Below are positions 56,335 to 64,000 of a DNA stretch of 64,000 nucleotides, one piece after another. The DNA lies in the NCBI RefSeq assembly GCF_009914755.1, contig NC_060936.1; one strand, written 5' to 3'. A model generated the notes under the pieces. It was not told the DNA's origin, did no database searches, and saw only the letters and a program-made list of their open reading frames with translations. The DNA comes from the human T2T-CHM13v2.0 reference genome, Homo sapiens. Numbering within the stretch: the first letter of the stretch is position 1; the number at the start of each line of letters is the position of its first letter. The position numbers and the translations under genes were made by a program.

Positions 56335-56495
56335 GTGTATGGAAGGGACTGTTTGCCCGTATCATCATGATTGGTACCCTGACTGCACTACAGTGGTTTA
56401 TCTATGACTCCGTGAAGGTCTACTTCAGACTTCCTCGCCCTCCTCCACCCGAGATGCCAGAGTCTCTGAAGAAGAAGCTTGGGTTAACTCAGTAG
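56335..56495 (+). CDS. SLC25A3: SLC25A3 terminal coding exon, ending KKKLGLTQ*
   Basis: ccag|GTGTA acceptor; TAG at 56493-56495; exon lengths sum to 1086 nt (B, 361 aa) or 1089 nt (A, 362 aa). Confidence 0.97.
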
Positions 56496-56654
56496 TTAGA
56501 TCAAAGCAAATGTGGACTGAATCTGCTTGTTGATCAGTGTTGAAGAAAGTGCAAAAGGAACTTTTATATATTTGACAGTGTAGGAAATTGTCTATTCCTG
56601 ATATAATTACTGTAGTACTCTTGCTTAAGGCAAGAGTTTCAGATTTACTGTTGA

Positions 56655-56660
56655 AATAAA
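56655..56660 (+). terminator. SLC25A3: Proximal SLC25A3 poly(A) signal
   Basis: AATAAA 160 nt after the stop codon. Confidence 0.8.
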
Positions 56661-57136
56661 CCCAACTCTTCATGATTTGCCTGTGACTTATTTTTAAAAC
56701 TTTTTTAAAAAAGATTTAGCTTTAAAATAGTTGGAAAGAATGAAGTATATAAGTTAAGGAAAAAATACAAAACTGACCATGACCATTGTTGGTTGAATAT
56801 TCCAGTTGCTATTCAGAAATTGTCATATGTCTCAAGTTTTATCACACAAAGTTCCTGTATTTCTAGGGAAGCAGACTTTAAATTTCTAAAAACTTGATTT
56901 AATTATAGTTAAATATGTGTAGTCATTTGTGGTTATTTTGGCAAGTAAATGTCAGTGTATACTTACATTTTTGCAGCATGTACTACACCTTTTTTATGTT
57001 GGTGAGTTTGCTAATCCTTATTTGTAAGACAAGGTAAACCAAATTAGGCTGATTCTTAGAATGACAGTAAAGGACCAAAGTGATTGACAGCTGAAAACAA
57101 TTTTCAGGTACACTAATTCTCTTTACACAGATCTGA

Positions 57137-63630
<6,494 letters not shown>

Positions 63631-64000
63631 AGCCCTGACTAACCCCCGTTGTGGCTGACTGTAAGTTCTGTGAAATCAGGGAACACTTGATGATAGCTAG
63701 TAGTTGCCCACTGTGTATCCACTGAAGCACCTACCCTGGCATTCTACACATATTCATAAATGTTTTTGAACAAATGAATGAAACAACTAAGGGTAAAACT
63801 ATCTGCTATTTATCCAGAGGCAGAACCAGAGTCATGGGCCCATGAGTGGACACAAGTAATGGGACACGGAATATTGATCAACCTGTTCTAGATGTAACCT
63901 CAGTGTCTGAATACTAGACAGAGGTGGAACTGAGACAGGCCATAGGTGAGATAACTATTTCACAAGTAAGCTATATCCCATAGCCTTCTTTAAAAGGGTG

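Overview
Primate (human-like) genomic DNA that I recognise from the proteins as the TMPO-SLC25A3 interval (human 12q23.1). + strand: the last three coding exons and long 3'UTR of TMPO (LAP2beta; 244-~5610). Then ~43 kb of very Alu-dense intergenic DNA built on old L1, ERVL/MaLR LTR and Tigger remnants, containing a twin-primed L1PA and a - strand PPIA retrocopy with an almost intact ORF. Then the CpG-island promoter and complete SLC25A3 gene (mitochondrial phosphate carrier; mutually exclusive exons 3A/3B; 362/361 aa), with SNORA53 in the intron after exon 5. Nearly all entries in the ORF track are Alu, L1 or microsatellite artefacts. Most interesting observations: (1) a speculative chain of phase-compatible, splice-site-bounded, stop-riddled exon-like segments in the non-repeat islands between TMPO and SLC25A3, a possible decayed lost gene; (2) a ~300-bp local inverted duplication; (3) the open cyclophilin A retrocopy lying divergent from the SLC25A3 promoter; (4) RBFOX motifs and a consensus decoy 5' splice site between exons 3A and 3B; (5) inverted Alu pairs in 3'UTRs. 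Repeat family names and boundaries are by eye and approximate.
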